This document shows positions 1-10,607 of a stretch of 64,000 nt of DNA, piece by piece; position 1 is the first letter of the stretch, and the number at the start of each line of letters is the position of its first letter. The stretch is from Micavibrio sp. (GTDB lineage: Bacteria; Pseudomonadota; Alphaproteobacteria; UBA2400). The stretch is from assembly GCA_040376705.1 (NCBI GenBank), contig JBEIQE010000005.1:64156-128155 (forward strand). The letters run 5' to 3'. The translations under genes and the position numbers were made by a program. Below the pieces are notes generated by a model, which searched no databases, was not told the origin of the DNA, and was given only the letters and a program-made list of their open reading frames with translations.

Positions 1-3000
1 AGAATGAGGGTATCGCTGCCACCGGCGAGGTTAATCGTACCCCCGGTGATCTGCGTACCAAGAGTCACCACATCGGCACTGCTGCCACCGGTGAGGGTCT
101 CGATGTTCTGCACCGTCAGGGTGTTGAGGAAGTTGCCCAAGGTCAGGCTGTCATTACCTGCGCCGAGGTCGATCGTACCGGTCGTCACCTGACTGCCCAG
201 CGTTACGATATCGCCCGAGGTACCACCGGTCAGGGTTTCCACATTGCTGACTGTCAGCGTGTTGAGGAAGTTGCCGAGGGTGAGCGTATCGTCGCCACCA
301 GCAAGGTTGATGCTGCCGCCCGAGATCTGGGTTGCCAGCGTTACGATATCAGTCGAGGAATTACCCAGGATCGATTCGACGTTAGAGGTCGTCAGCTCAT
401 TGGCGAAGTTGCCAAGGGTGAGGCGATCGCTACCGGCGCCAAGGTTGATGGTACCAGTCGTAATCGCGCTACCCAGCGTGACGTAGTCGGTTGCCGAAGC
501 GCCATTGATGGTTTCGACATTGGTGAGCGTGATGGTATTGGCAAACGCGCCGAGGGTGACGGTATCGTCGCCATCGCCGAGGTTGATGGTACCGCCCGAA
601 AGTGCCGCAGCGAAAGTAAGTGCATCGTTGCTGGTGCCGCCAGTGACAGTCTCAACACTTGTGAGGGTGAGGCTGTTGGCAAAGTCACCCAATACGAGCG
701 TATCGTTGCCCGAACCGAGGTTGATCGCACCAGTCATCGCCGTACCAACCGTAACCACATCGGTATTGCTACCGCCGGTCAGGCTTTCGATATTGGCAAT
801 TGTCAGCGTATTGGCTGAATTGTTGAGGGTAAGGCGATCGCTACCGCCAGCCAGATCAATCGTGCCGGTGGTGATGGCGGTGCTGAGTGTCACGACATCA
901 GCCGAGCTACCGCCGGTAAGGGTTTCAACACTGCCAACTGTAACGGTGTTGACGAAGTCGCCCAGCGTGAGCGTATCATCACCCGCGCCGAGGTTGATCG
1001 AGCCGTTGGTGAGGGCCGAGCTGACAGTCACGATATCGGCCGACGAGCCACCGATAACAGCTTCAACATTGTTGATGCTAAGGGTGTTGTCAAAGTTGCC
1101 CAGTACAAGCGTATCGTAACCGCTACCGAGGTTGACCGTTCCAGCCGTAATGGCGTTGGCGAAGGTCACACGGTCGGCCTGCGCGCCACCAGTGAGAGTC
1201 TCGACGTTATTAACAGTCAGCGTATTGGCGAAGGCGCCGAGGGTGAGCGTATCGTTACCTGCACCAAGGTTGATGGTACCGGTAGTAATGGCGCTACCCA
1301 GTGTTACGGCATCATCATCTGTACCGCCGGTGAGGTTTTCGACGCTCACAATGGTAAGCGTATTCACGAAGTCGCCCAGAATGAGCGTATCGGTGCCGCT
1401 GCCGAGGTTGACCGTGCCGGTTGTGATCTGGCTGCCCAGGGTCACGGTATCGGCCGAGTTGCCACCGGTGATGGTTTCGATATTTACGGTAGTGAGCGTG
1501 TTGGTAAATGCACCCAGTACCAGTGTGTCGGTGCCTGAGCCGAGATCCAGCGTACCCGCTGTAATCGCGTTGCCCAGCGTTACGGTGTCGTTGCTGTTAC
1601 CGCCCGTCAGTGTCTCGACGTTCGAAACAGTGAGGGTGTTGTTGAAGTTGCCCAGCACCAGCGTATCGGTACCCGCGCCGAGGTTGACGTTAACACCCGA
1701 AACGGCAGCGCCGAGAGTAACAACGTCGTCAGCCGTGCCGCCGACAACGCTCTCGACGTTGATAACCGTCACGCTGTTGGCGAAGTTGCCAAGCGTGAGA
1801 ATATCGCTGCCCGAGCCGAGGTTGAGCGTACCCGCAGTCACCTGACTGCCGAGAGTGACGATATCAGCCGAGTTACCGCCCGTCAGGGTTTCGATATCGG
1901 TGATGGTGAGTGTGTTGGCGGCATTGGCGAGGATGAGCGTATCATCGCCCGCACCGAGGCTGACGCTACCGCTGGTGATGGCGCCGCCAAGGGTCACCAC
2001 GTCATCAGCCGTACCACCATTGAGTGTTTCAACACTGATGATGGTGAGCGTGTTGTTAAAGTCAGCCAGTGTCAGGGTATCGCTGCCACCTGCCAGGTTC
2101 ACGGTACCGCCATTCATGCCGGTTGAGAGCGAGAGCACGTCATTGGCAGATGAGCCGAGGATGGTCTCGATATTGGCCAGCGTGAGAGTATTGGCGAAGT
2201 TACCCAATACGAGCGTGTCGTTACCCGAGCCAAGGTCGATGGTGCCTGCAGTAACCTGTGTACCGAGGGTTACAACATCGTCGCTGTTACCACCGGTCAC
2301 TGTTTCGATATTCGATACAGTGACGCTATTGGCGAAGTTACCCAATACGAGCGTATCGTCGCCGGCTGCAAGGTCGATCACACCGGTAACCTGCGAGCCG
2401 AGGGTGACTGTATCATCGCTGGCGTTACCGGTAACCGTCTCGATGTTCGAGAGGGTAACGGTGTTGGCGAAGTTGCCGAGCGTGAGGCGGTCAACACCTG
2501 CACCAAGGTCGATGGTACCAGCGGTAACGGCCGTACCCAGCGTGACGGTGTCCGAACCAGAGCCGCCAACCAGCGTTTCGACGTTGCTGACGGTCAGCGT
2601 GTTGGTGAAGGTCACCAGCGTGAGCGTATCGTTGCCCGAGCCGAGGTCGATGGTGCCAGTGGTGATCTGCGTACCTAGGGTAACGCTGTCGTCACTGGTG
2701 CCGCCAACGATGGTCTCAACGTTGAAGACGGTGAGGGTATTGGCAAAGTCGCCCAGCGTGAGCGTATCCGCTGCAGCGCCGAGGTCGACACGGCCACCGC
2801 TGATGGCAGTACCCAGCGTAACTGTATCGGCCGAGTTGCCGCCATAAACAGTTTCGATGTTGCTGGTCGTCACTGTATTGGCGAAGTTGCCGAGGTTGAG
2901 GCGATCGTTACCCGCTGCCAGATCGATGGTGCCGGTAGTCATGGCGCTGCCCAGAGTAACGGTGTCGTTACCCGTACCTGCGGTCAGTGTCTCAACGTTA

Positions 3001-6000
3001 CTTACGGTGAGCGAATTGTTGAAATCACCCAATACGAGCGTGTCATCGCCTGCGGCCAGATCAACCGTCATGCCCGAGGCTACTGCGCCCAAGGTTACAA
3101 CGTCATCGCTGGTGCCGCCGGTTACGGTCTCGATGGTGGTTACGGTTACCGAGTTGGTAAAGTCACCCAATACGAGCGTATCGAGGCCCGCACCGAGGCT
3201 GATGCTGCCCGAAGTGATGGCGCTGCCCAGGGTAACGGTGTCAGCCGAAGTACCGCCAACAATGCTCTCGACATTGGTAAGCGTTACGTTGTTGGCGAAG
3301 TTGCCAAGGGTAATGGTGTCAGTACCCGAGCCAAGGTCAATCGTGCCACTGGCGGCGCTGCCCAGAGTAACCGAGTCATCATCGGTACCACCGGTAATGG
3401 TCTCAACGTTCAGAACCGTCAGGCTGTTGGCGAAATCGCCCAGCGTAATGGTGTCATTCCCAAGGCCAAGATTGAAGGTACCCGCCGTAACAGCCGAGCT
3501 GAAGGCAAGCGTATCAGCCTGAGCACCGCCCATGACGCTTTCAATATTGGTCACAGTCAAGGTGTTGGTGAAGTTGCCAAGGGTCAGACGATCAGTGCCA
3601 GAGCCGAGGTCAATCGTGCCAGCCGTAATCGCTGTAGCCAGCGTCACCACATCGGCGCTGTTACCGCCAGTAAGGGTCTCAACATTGCTGACAGTAAGGG
3701 TGTTGACGAAGTTACCAAGGCTGAGCGTGTCATCGCCCGCGCCGAGGTTGATGCTGTAATTAATGGCAGCACTGCCAAGCGTCACTACATCGTCGCTGGT
3801 ACCACCAACAAGGGTTTCGATGTTGCTGGTTGTCAGTGTATTGGCAAAGTCACCCAGCGTGAGCGTATCTGCGCCGCCTGCAAGGTCAACCGTACCGGCT
3901 GTAATGGCTGAGCCCAAGGTTACGTTATCGCCTGCCGCTGCACCGGTAATGGTCTCGATGTTGGTGGCAGTCAGCGTGTTGTTGAAGTTGCCGAGTACGA
4001 GTGTGTCATCGCCCGAGCCGAGGTCGAGTGTACCAGCCGTAATCGCTGCCCCCAGGGTCACGGTATCATCATCCGTACCACCGGTGAGGGTTTCAACACT
4101 GGTTACGGTCAGGGTATTGGCCACATCATCGAGTACCAGCGTATCGTTGCCGGCGCCAAGGTTGACGCTACCGCCCGAGATGCTGCCCGAAATGGTCACC
4201 ACATCGGCCGAGCTGCCGCCAAGGACGCTCTCGATATTGGTTACAGTCAGGGTATTGACGAAGTTGCCAAGGGTCAGGCGGTCAGTGCCTGAGCCGAGGT
4301 CGAGCGTACCGGCTGTAATAGCCGAGCTAAGGGTGACCAGGTCTGAGCTGGTACCACCAATCAATGTCTTAACGTTGCTGACGGTCAGTGTGTTGGCAAA
4401 GTTGCCGAGTGTGAGTGTGTCATCGCCCGCACCGAGGTCAACACTGCCACCCGAGATGGCGGTGCCAAGGGTCACGGTATCATCCGACGTACCGCCAACA
4501 ATGCTTTCGATATTGGTGGTGGTCAGCGTATTGGCAAAGTCACCCAGCGTGAGGCGATCAACGCCCGCACCGAGGTTCAGTGTGCCGGTTGTAATCGCAT
4601 CGCCCAGCGTCACCGCATCGGCCAGCGAGTTACCGACAATGCTCTCGACGTTGGTAACTGTAAGGGTATTGGCAAAAGCACCGAGGGTAAGCACGTCATC
4701 GCCCGAGCCAAGGTCAATCGTACCAGCCGTAATGGCGGTACCGAGGGTCACGGTATCATCATCCGTACCGCCAACCAGTGTTTCGACACTGGCGATGGTG
4801 AGGGTATTGGCCACATCATCAAGCGTGAGCGTATCGTTGCCCGAGCCGAGGTTGATGCTGCCGCCCGAGATGGCACCCGAGATGGTCACAACATCATCAC
4901 TGTTACCACCGACAACACTTTCGATGTTGGTGACGGTCAGGGTATTGGCGAAATTGCCAAGGGTCAGACGGTCGGTACCTGAGCCGAGATCCAGCGTACC
5001 TGTTGTAATGGCCGAGCCGAGGGTCACGAGGTCGGCAGAGGTGCCGCCGGTGAGGGTCTCGACATTCGAAACCGTAAGGGTATTGGCAAAATCACCCAGT
5101 GTGAGGGTATCGTCGCCCGCACCAAGATTGATGTTACCACCCGAGATGGCGGTGCCCACAGTCACCACATCATCACTGGTGCCGCCCATAACGCTTTCGG
5201 TGTTGGTGACGGTCAGCGTATTGGCAAAGTCGCCCAGCGTGAGGCGATCGGTGCCTGCGCCAAGGTTAACTGTGCCGGTTGTAATGGCCGTGCCCAGAGT
5301 AATGTAATCAGCGCCTGAACCACCCACGAGTGTTTCGACGTTCGAAACAGTCACGGTGTTAGAGAAGGTTACGAATGTCAGCGTATCGTCGCCCGAGCCG
5401 AGGTCGATGGTGCCGGTTGTTACCTGCGTACCCAGGGTTACCGAGTCATCATCGCTGCCGCCATTAAGGGTTTCGACGTTAAAGACCGTCAGCGTATTGG
5501 CAAAGTCGCCCAGCGTGAGGGTATCGGTACCTGAGCCGAGGTCAACACGGCCACCCGAGATGGCAGCGCCAAGCGTAACCACATCGCTTGAAGTACCGCC
5601 CATAACGGTTTCGGCATTCGAGGCAGTAACAGTATTGGCAAAGTTGCCAAGGGTGAGGCGGTCAAGCGCGCCATCGCCAAGGTCAATCGTACCAGTCGTT
5701 ACAGCTGTGCCGAGCACAACGAGGTCGGTTGAAGTGCCGCCGGTCAACGTCTCGACGTTGAGCACGGTTACGTTATTGGCAAAATCGCCCAGCGTCAGGG
5801 TATCATCACCTGCGCCAAGGTTCACGGTGCCGGTAATGGCAGCGCCTACGGTCACTACATCATCGCTGGTGCCGCCGGTTACGGTTTCGATGCTCTGCAC
5901 CGTCAGGCTGTTGGCAAAATCACCCAATACGAGCGTATCGTTGCCTGAACCGAGGTTGAGCGTGCCTGCTGTAATGGCTGTAGCCAGTGTTACGGTATCG

Positions 6001-8760
6001 GCGGATATACCGCCAGTGATGGTCTCGACGTTCGAAACGGTAAGGCTGTTGATGAAGTTGCCAAGCACGACAGTATCGTCGCCCGAGCCAAGATCGAAGT
6101 GACCGCCGGCAGCCTGCGCCGTCAGGGTGATCACATCATCGCCGGTGCCGCCCACAACGCTCTCTACGTTGCGTACGCTCACGGCATTGGCTGCGCCATC
6201 GGCCAGCGTCAGCACGTCGGCGCCGCTGCCAAGGTCAACACTTACATCAGTTACTGCTGCGCTAAGGGTAACAAGGTCAACACCCGTACCACCACGCACA
6301 CTCTCAACCGATGTAACAGTGAGGGTATTGGTGAAGTTACCAAGAATGAGCGTATCTGCGCCGCTGCCCAGATCAATCGTGCCAGAACTGATGGCATCGC
6401 CCAGTGTCACGGTATCGGCTGAATCGCCACCCGTGAGGGTTTCAACACCGGTTACGGTAAGTGTATTCACAAAGTCGCCGAGCGTGAGCGTGTCATCGCC
6501 CGCGCCAAGGTTAACCGAGCCACCTGAAATGGCAGCGCCAAGCGTCACCACATCATCGCTGGTGCCACCAGTGACGGTTTCGATGCTCTGGGTTGTTACG
6601 CTGTTGGCGAAATCACCCAATACGAGTGTATCGTTGCCACCACCGAGGTTGACGGTGCCAGCTGTAATTTGGGTTGCGAGAACCACGCGGTCAGTCGAGC
6701 TGCCGCCGGTAATGGTTTCGGTGTTCGAGAGCGTGATGGTGTTGTTGAAGTTGCCAAGAGTAACGGTGTCATCACCCGAGCCGAGGTCGAAGCTGCCCGC
6801 TGTAACTTGTGCACCCATCACGACGACGTCGTCACCAGTACCACCGGTGAGAGTCTCGATACCATTGATGGTAACGGTATTGGCAAAGTCGCCCAGTGTC
6901 AGTGTATCTGTACCGCCACCAAGGTTGATGTTACCCGCGCTCAGTTGCGTGGTAACGGTCACAATATCGTCGCCGCCGTTAGCAGCCACAGTCTCGACAT
7001 TCGCAACACTTACGGTGTTGTTGAAACTGCCAAGCGTAAGCGTATCTGCGCCGGAGCCAAGATCGATGGTGCCTGCAGTAACCTGCGTGCCCAGACGGAT
7101 GCTATCGGCACTATCGCCACCCGTGAGGGTTTCAACATTGCTGACAGTAAGCGAGTTTACGAAGTCACCCAATACGAGCGTGTCGTCGCCTGCACCAAGG
7201 TTCACAGCGCCAACCGACATGGCGGTGCCCAGCGTGACGACGTCATCGCTGGTACCACCGGTTACGGTTTCGATATTCGAGAGGGTAACGCTATTGGCAA
7301 AGTCGCCCAGCGTGAGGCGGTCTGTACCGGCGGCAAGGTCGATAGTGCCAGAGGTAACAGCTGTGCCCAGCGTAATGTTATCTGAACCCGAGCCACCCAC
7401 GATTGTTTCAACATTCGAAACCGTAACCGTGTTGGTGAAGGTCACGAAAGTAAGGGTGTCATCGCCCGAGCCAAGGTCGATGGTGCCACCGGTCACCTGC
7501 GTGCGCAGAGTGACGCTGTCGTCGGATGTACCGCCAACAATGGTTTCGACATTAAAGACGCTTACGCTGTTGGCAAAATCGCCAAGGGTAAGGGTATCAT
7601 CGCCACCAGCAAGGTTAACCGTGCCGTTGATGGCATCGCCCAGCGTTACAGTATCGTTCGATGAATTACCGACGATGCTTTCGATGCCGGTAAGAGTAAC
7701 CGTATTGGTGAAGTTGCCGAGCGTGATACGGTCGGTACCCGAGCCAAGGTCAATCGTGCCAGCAGTTACTGCTGTGCCAAGGGTGACAACATCGTCGGAT
7801 GTACCGCCAACCAGTGTTTCAACATTGCTGACTGTAAGCGTATTGGCAAAGTCGCCCAGTGTCAGTGTGTCATCGCCACCTGCAAGGTCAAAGCGACCGC
7901 TGGCAACAGCCGAGCCCAGTGTAACGATATCATCGCTCGCATCGCCAACGATGCTTTCAATGTTGGTGGTAGTCAGCGTGTTGGCAAAGGCACCAAGGGT
8001 GAGGACGTCAACACCAGAGCCCAGGTCGAGGGTACCCGTGGTAATGGCATCGCCCAGCGTGACGAGGTCAGCACTATTTCCGCCCACCAGTGTTTCAACA
8101 CCAATAACAGTGAGCGTGTTGACGAAGTTGCCAAGGGTGAGTGTGTCATCGCCCGAGCCGAGGTCGAGCGTAATGCCAGCTGCCGCTGTGCCAAGGGTGA
8201 TCGAGTCGTCCGATGTACCGGCAACCAGTGTCTCAACGTTCGAAAGGGTTACGGTATTGGCAAGGTCAGCCAGAGTAAGCGTATCGCTACCGGCGCCAAG
8301 ATTAACACTGCCGTCCATGGCCGTGCTTACAGTTACTGTATCGGCACCGCTTACACCAACGATGCTTTCGATATTCGCTGTCGTTACGCTGTTGGCAAAA
8401 TCACCAAGGGTGAGAACGTCGTTACCCGAACCGAGATCGAGTGTACCGCTGGTGATGGCTGTGCCCAGTGTTACGCTGTCGTTATCGGTACCGCCAACAA
8501 TGGTATCGGCATTTGAAACAGTGAGGTTGTTGACGAAGTCGCCAAGCGTAAGTACATCGCCGCCACCGCCGAGATTATAGGTGCCGTTTACAACTGCGGT
8601 AGAAACAGTGATGAGGTCGGCGCTGGCACCGCCGGTGAAGGTCTCGACACCCGAGATGGTGACGGTATTGTCGGCGTTGCCTAATGTGAGCGTGTCGTTA
8701 CCCGCCCCGAGGTTAATGGTTGCCGCGGTGAGCGATTCAGTGACGGTGATTACGTCAGCG
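1..8760 (-). repeat. Coding tandem repeat, unit about 138 bp (occasionally 135), roughly 63 copies
   Basis: TTGGCAAAGTCGCCCAGCGTGAG at 5221 and 5497 (276 = 2x138); AGGGTATTGGCCACATCATC at 4111 and 4801 (690 = 5x138). Confidence 0.9.
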
Positions 8761-8840
8761 CCCGATCCGGTTGTCAGCGAGTCGAAGGTAGTGAAAGTGC
8801 CTTCGTTGTTGCCATTGCCCAGCGTAATATCGACAGCCAT
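1..8840 (-). CDS. Giant repetitive beta-roll/RTX-like surface protein (adhesin or S-layer-like), 3' end outside window, at least 2946 aa
   Basis: ATG at 8840 after AGGGG RBS-like sequence. Starts MAVDITLGNGNNEGTF and is still in frame at position 3 (...GGSDTLI). About 46-aa repeats like LGSGDDTLTLGNFANTLTVSNVETLVGGTSDDVVTLGTAITAGTID. No signal peptide. Confidence 0.9.
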   Translation of the reverse strand, partial: MAVDITLGNGNNEGTFTTFDSLTTGSGADVITVTESLTAATINLGAGNDTLTLGNADNTVTISGVETFTGGASADLITVSTAVVNGTYNLGGGGDVLTLGDFVNNLTVSNADTIVGGTDNDSVTLGTAITSGTLDLGSGNDVLTLGDFANSVTTANIESIVGVSGADTVTVSTAMDGSVNLGAGSDTLTLADLANTVTLSNVETLVAGTSDDSITLGTAAAGITLDLGSGDDTLTLGNFVNTLTVIGVETLVGGNSADLVTLGDAITTGTLDLGSGVDVLTLGAFANTLTTTNIESIVGDASDDIVTLGSAVASGRFDLAGGDDTLTLGDFANTLTVSNVETLVGGTSDDVVTLGTAVTAGTIDLGSGTDRITLGNFTNTVTLTGIESIVGNSSNDTVTLGDAINGTVNLAGGDDTLTLGDFANSVSVFNVETIVGGTSDDSVTLRTQVTGGTIDLGSGDDTLTFVTFTNTVTVSNVETIVGGSGSDNITLGTAVTSGTIDLAAGTDRLTLGDFANSVTLSNIETVTGGTSDDVVTLGTAMSVGAVNLGAGDDTLVLGDFVNSLTVSNVETLTGGDSADSIRLGTQVTAGTIDLGSGADTLTLGSFNNTVSVANVETVAANGGDDIVTVTTQLSAGNINLGGGTDTLTLGDFANTVTINGIETLTGGTGDDVVVMGAQVTAGSFDLGSGDDTVTLGNFNNTITLSNTETITGGSSTDRVVLATQITAGTVNLGGGNDTLVLGDFANSVTTQSIETVTGGTSDDVVTLGAAISGGSVNLGAGDDTLTLGDFVNTLTVTGVETLTGGDSADTVTLGDAISSGTIDLGSGADTLILGNFTNTLTVTSVESVRGGTGVDLVTLSAAVTDVSVDLGSGADVLTLADGAANAVSVRNVESVVGGTGDDVITLTAQAAGGHFDLGSGDDTVVLGNFINSLTVSNVETITGGISADTVTLATAITAGTLNLGSGNDTLVLGDFANSLTVQSIETVTGGTSDDVVTVGAAITGTVNLGAGDDTLTLGDFANNVTVLNVETLTGGTSTDLVVLGTAVTTGTIDLGDGALDRLTLGNFANTVTASNAETVMGGTSSDVVTLGAAISGGRVDLGSGTDTLTLGDFANTLTVFNVETLNGGSDDDSVTLGTQVTTGTIDLGSGDDTLTFVTFSNTVTVSNVETLVGGSGADYITLGTAITTGTVNLGAGTDRLTLGDFANTLTVTNTESVMGGTSDDVVTVGTAISGGNINLGAGDDTLTLGDFANTLTVSNVETLTGGTSADLVTLGSAITTGTLDLGSGTDRLTLGNFANTLTVTNIESVVGGNSDDVVTISGAISGGSINLGSGNDTLTLDDVANTLTIASVETLVGGTDDDTVTLGTAITAGTIDLGSGDDVLTLGAFANTLTVTNVESIVGNSLADAVTLGDAITTGTLNLGAGVDRLTLGDFANTLTTTNIESIVGGTSDDTVTLGTAISGGSVDLGAGDDTLTLGNFANTLTVSNVKTLIGGTSSDLVTLSSAITAGTLDLGSGTDRLTLGNFVNTLTVTNIESVLGGSSADVVTISGSISGGSVNLGAGNDTLVLDDVANTLTVTSVETLTGGTDDDTVTLGAAITAGTLDLGSGDDTLVLGNFNNTLTATNIETITGAAAGDNVTLGSAITAGTVDLAGGADTLTLGDFANTLTTSNIETLVGGTSDDVVTLGSAAINYSINLGAGDDTLSLGNFVNTLTVSNVETLTGGNSADVVTLATAITAGTIDLGSGTDRLTLGNFTNTLTVTNIESVMGGAQADTLAFSSAVTAGTFNLGLGNDTITLGDFANSLTVLNVETITGGTDDDSVTLGSAASGTIDLGSGTDTITLGNFANNVTLTNVESIVGGTSADTVTLGSAITSGSISLGAGLDTLVLGDFTNSVTVTTIETVTGGTSDDVVTLGAVASGMTVDLAAGDDTLVLGDFNNSLTVSNVETLTAGTGNDTVTLGSAMTTGTIDLAAGNDRLNLGNFANTVTTSNIETVYGGNSADTVTLGTAISGGRVDLGAAADTLTLGDFANTLTVFNVETIVGGTSDDSVTLGTQITTGTIDLGSGNDTLTLVTFTNTLTVSNVETLVGGSGSDTVTLGTAVTAGTIDLGAGVDRLTLGNFANTVTLSNIETVTGNASDDTVTLGSQVTGVIDLAAGDDTLVLGNFANSVTVSNIETVTGGNSDDVVTLGTQVTAGTIDLGSGNDTLVLGNFANTLTLANIETILGSSANDVLSLSTGMNGGTVNLAGGSDTLTLADFNNTLTIISVETLNGGTADDVVTLGGAITSGSVSLGAGDDTLILANAANTLTITDIETLTGGNSADIVTLGSQVTAGTLNLGSGSDILTLGNFANSVTVINVESVVGGTADDVVTLGAAVSGVNVNLGAGTDTLVLGNFNNTLTVSNVETLTGGNSNDTVTLGNAITAGTLDLGSGTDTLVLGAFTNTLTTVNIETITGGNSADTVTLGSQITTGTVNLGSGTDTLILGDFVNTLTIVSVENLTGGTDDDAVTLGSAITTGTINLGAGNDTLTLGAFANTLTVNNVETLTGGAQADRVTFANAITAGTVNLGSGYDTLVLGNFDNTLSINNVEAVIGGSSADIVTVSSALTNGSINLGAGDDTLTLGDFVNTVTVGSVETLTGGSSADVVTLSTAITTGTIDLAGGSDRLTLNNSANTLTIANIESLTGGSNTDVVTVGTAMTGAINLGSGNDTLVLGDFANSLTLTSVETVTGGTSNDALTFAAALSGGTINLGDGDDTVTLGAFANTITLTNVETINGASATDYVTLGSAITTGTINLGAGSDRLTLGNFANELTTSNVESILGNSSTDIVTLATQISGGSINLAGGDDTLTLGNFLNTLTVSNVETLTGGTSGDIVTLGSQVTTGTIDLGAGNDSLTLGNFLNTLTVQNIETLTGGSSADVVTLGTQITGGTINLAGGSDTLI

Positions 8841-8901
8841 AATTTTTACCCCTGAAACCAGGTTGATGCCCACCTACATGGTGGACATTCGTTTAATAAG
8901 G

Positions 8902-8916
8902 TTAACAGATGTTTAA
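8902..8916. promoter_or_regulatory. Putative CtrA box (TTAA-N7-TTAA)
   Basis: TTAA CAGATGT TTAA about 60 bp upstream of the giant gene, in the divergent intergenic region. Confidence 0.5.
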
Positions 8917-9076
8917 ATTTGCGCCAGTCGGTAATATTTACTTTTACCCTACGTAATGTATTAACGTAGAAGAAAGTGTAACAAAACTGCCGTGTTCGAG
9001 CGATATTAACATGTATATCTAAGCAGGTTAGGGTAGTCTCCTGAGGCCGCGTGTTAATACTTAGAAGGGGCGCTTC

Positions 9077-10516
9077 ATGGTTCAGACGATTCAGCCGGTC
9101 ATCCTTTCCGGTGGGGCAGGTACCCGCCTTTGGCCCCTCTCGCGGGAACTTTACCCCAAGCAGCTGCTTAAGCTGGTATCGGGCCAGACCCTGATTCAGG
9201 AAACTGCGCTCCGCACCTCCGACCCCGCCCTGTTCGCGGCGCCGCTGGTTGTGTGTAATGCCGAACACCGATTCGTTATTGATGACCAGCTGCAGGAAGT
9301 AGGCATCAAACCCGCCGGCCTGCTGATCGAACCCATCGCCCGCAATACCGCCGCTGCCATTGCTGCAGTGGCTGTTTATGCCCGCAACCAGAACCCTGAG
9401 CAGCTCTTGCTCATCATGCCGTCCGATCACATGATCAAGGACAGCAAAGCCTTCCTCGCCGCCATAGCTGCTGCCAAGCCCTTGGCTGAAGCTGGCCGCA
9501 TCGTGACCTTCGGGATTACACCCGACCGGCCCGACACTGGCTATGGTTATATCCGCTCGGGCGATAAGCTTGAGGGTACTGCTGGATTTGCCATCAGCTC
9601 GTTTGTCGAGAAGCCGGATCTGGCCACTGCCCAAGGCTACCTCGCGCAAGGTGGTTACCTCTGGAACGGCGGCATCTTCTGCGCGCGGGCGGATAAACTG
9701 ATTGCCGAGTTCGAGCGCTTCTCACCCAAGGTGCTTGAAGCTGCCGAAGCTGCAGTGGATCAAGCCACGCAAGACCTTGGCTTCACCCGCCTGGCGGATG
9801 CGCCCTTCCGTAACTCGCCCTCCCAGCCGTTTGACAAAGCGGTGATGGAGCAGACCAGCTTTGGCGCAGTGGTGCCGGTCAGCATGGGTTGGTCCGACAT
9901 CGGCACCTGGCTCTCGCTCTGGCATGCCAGCCCGCAGGATGAAAACAATAATGCGCTGATTGGCAATGTGCGTAGTGAAGACAGCTCGGGCTGCTATGTG
10001 CGCAGCGAAAAGCTACTCACCACCGTTATTGGTGCGCGCGATATGGTGGTGGTAGTAACCGATGATGCCGTGCTGGTGGCCCCGCGCGACCGCGCAGCCG
10101 AAGTTGGCAAGCTGGTTGATAAGATGAAGAAGGATGGCCTCAGCCAAACCCGCGTGCATAACGTGGTGTATCGCCCCTGGGGCCATTACGAAATGCTCTC
10201 GGCTGATACGCGTTTTCAGGTCAAGCGCATTACGGTGAAGCCCAACGGTCGCCTCTCGCTGCAAAAGCATATGCATCGTGCGGAGCACTGGACCGTGGTA
10301 GCCGGGACTGCGCAGGTAACCATCAACGATAAGGTATCGCTACTGGGCGAGAACGAGTCAGTCTACGTACCATTAGGTGCTGTGCATCGCCTTGAGAACC
10401 TCGGCAAGCTACCCGTAGTGCTTATCGAAGTACAAAGCGGCGCCTACTTGGGCGAAGATGACATCGTGCGCCTTGAAGATGCGTATGCGCGCGAGGCGTT
10501 GCCGAAGGCGGTTTAA
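9077..10516 (+). CDS. manC: Mannose-1-phosphate guanylyltransferase / mannose-6-phosphate isomerase
   Basis: ILSGGAGTRLWPLSRELYPKQ, FVEKP, GWSDIGTW, C-terminal cupin YRPWG...LSLQKHMHRAEHW. Confidence 0.95.
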   Translation: MVQTIQPVILSGGAGTRLWPLSRELYPKQLLKLVSGQTLIQETALRTSDPALFAAPLVVCNAEHRFVIDDQLQEVGIKPAGLLIEPIARNTAAAIAAVAVYARNQNPEQLLLIMPSDHMIKDSKAFLAAIAAAKPLAEAGRIVTFGITPDRPDTGYGYIRSGDKLEGTAGFAISSFVEKPDLATAQGYLAQGGYLWNGGIFCARADKLIAEFERFSPKVLEAAEAAVDQATQDLGFTRLADAPFRNSPSQPFDKAVMEQTSFGAVVPVSMGWSDIGTWLSLWHASPQDENNNALIGNVRSEDSSGCYVRSEKLLTTVIGARDMVVVVTDDAVLVAPRDRAAEVGKLVDKMKKDGLSQTRVHNVVYRPWGHYEMLSADTRFQVKRITVKPNGRLSLQKHMHRAEHWTVVAGTAQVTINDKVSLLGENESVYVPLGAVHRLENLGKLPVVLIEVQSGAYLGEDDIVRLEDAYAREALPKAV

Positions 10517-10607
10517 GCATGATTATTTTCATTCCAGCTTGCGCTGAAGTGACAATTTCAGTGTTTAAAAATTCGCAGTTACGATTGAGCGATGCAATAT
10601 AAGTTTC

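Noticed and set aside
1-8760. Regular 138-bp repeats as a CRISPR array
   Set aside because: Repeats are degenerate at third codon positions, have no unique spacers, and no cas genes are present.
4-8916. Many long plus-strand ORFs (up to 817 aa) rich in V/S/P/T
   Set aside because: Antisense shadows of the giant minus-strand repeat gene; they mirror its repeat and codon bias.
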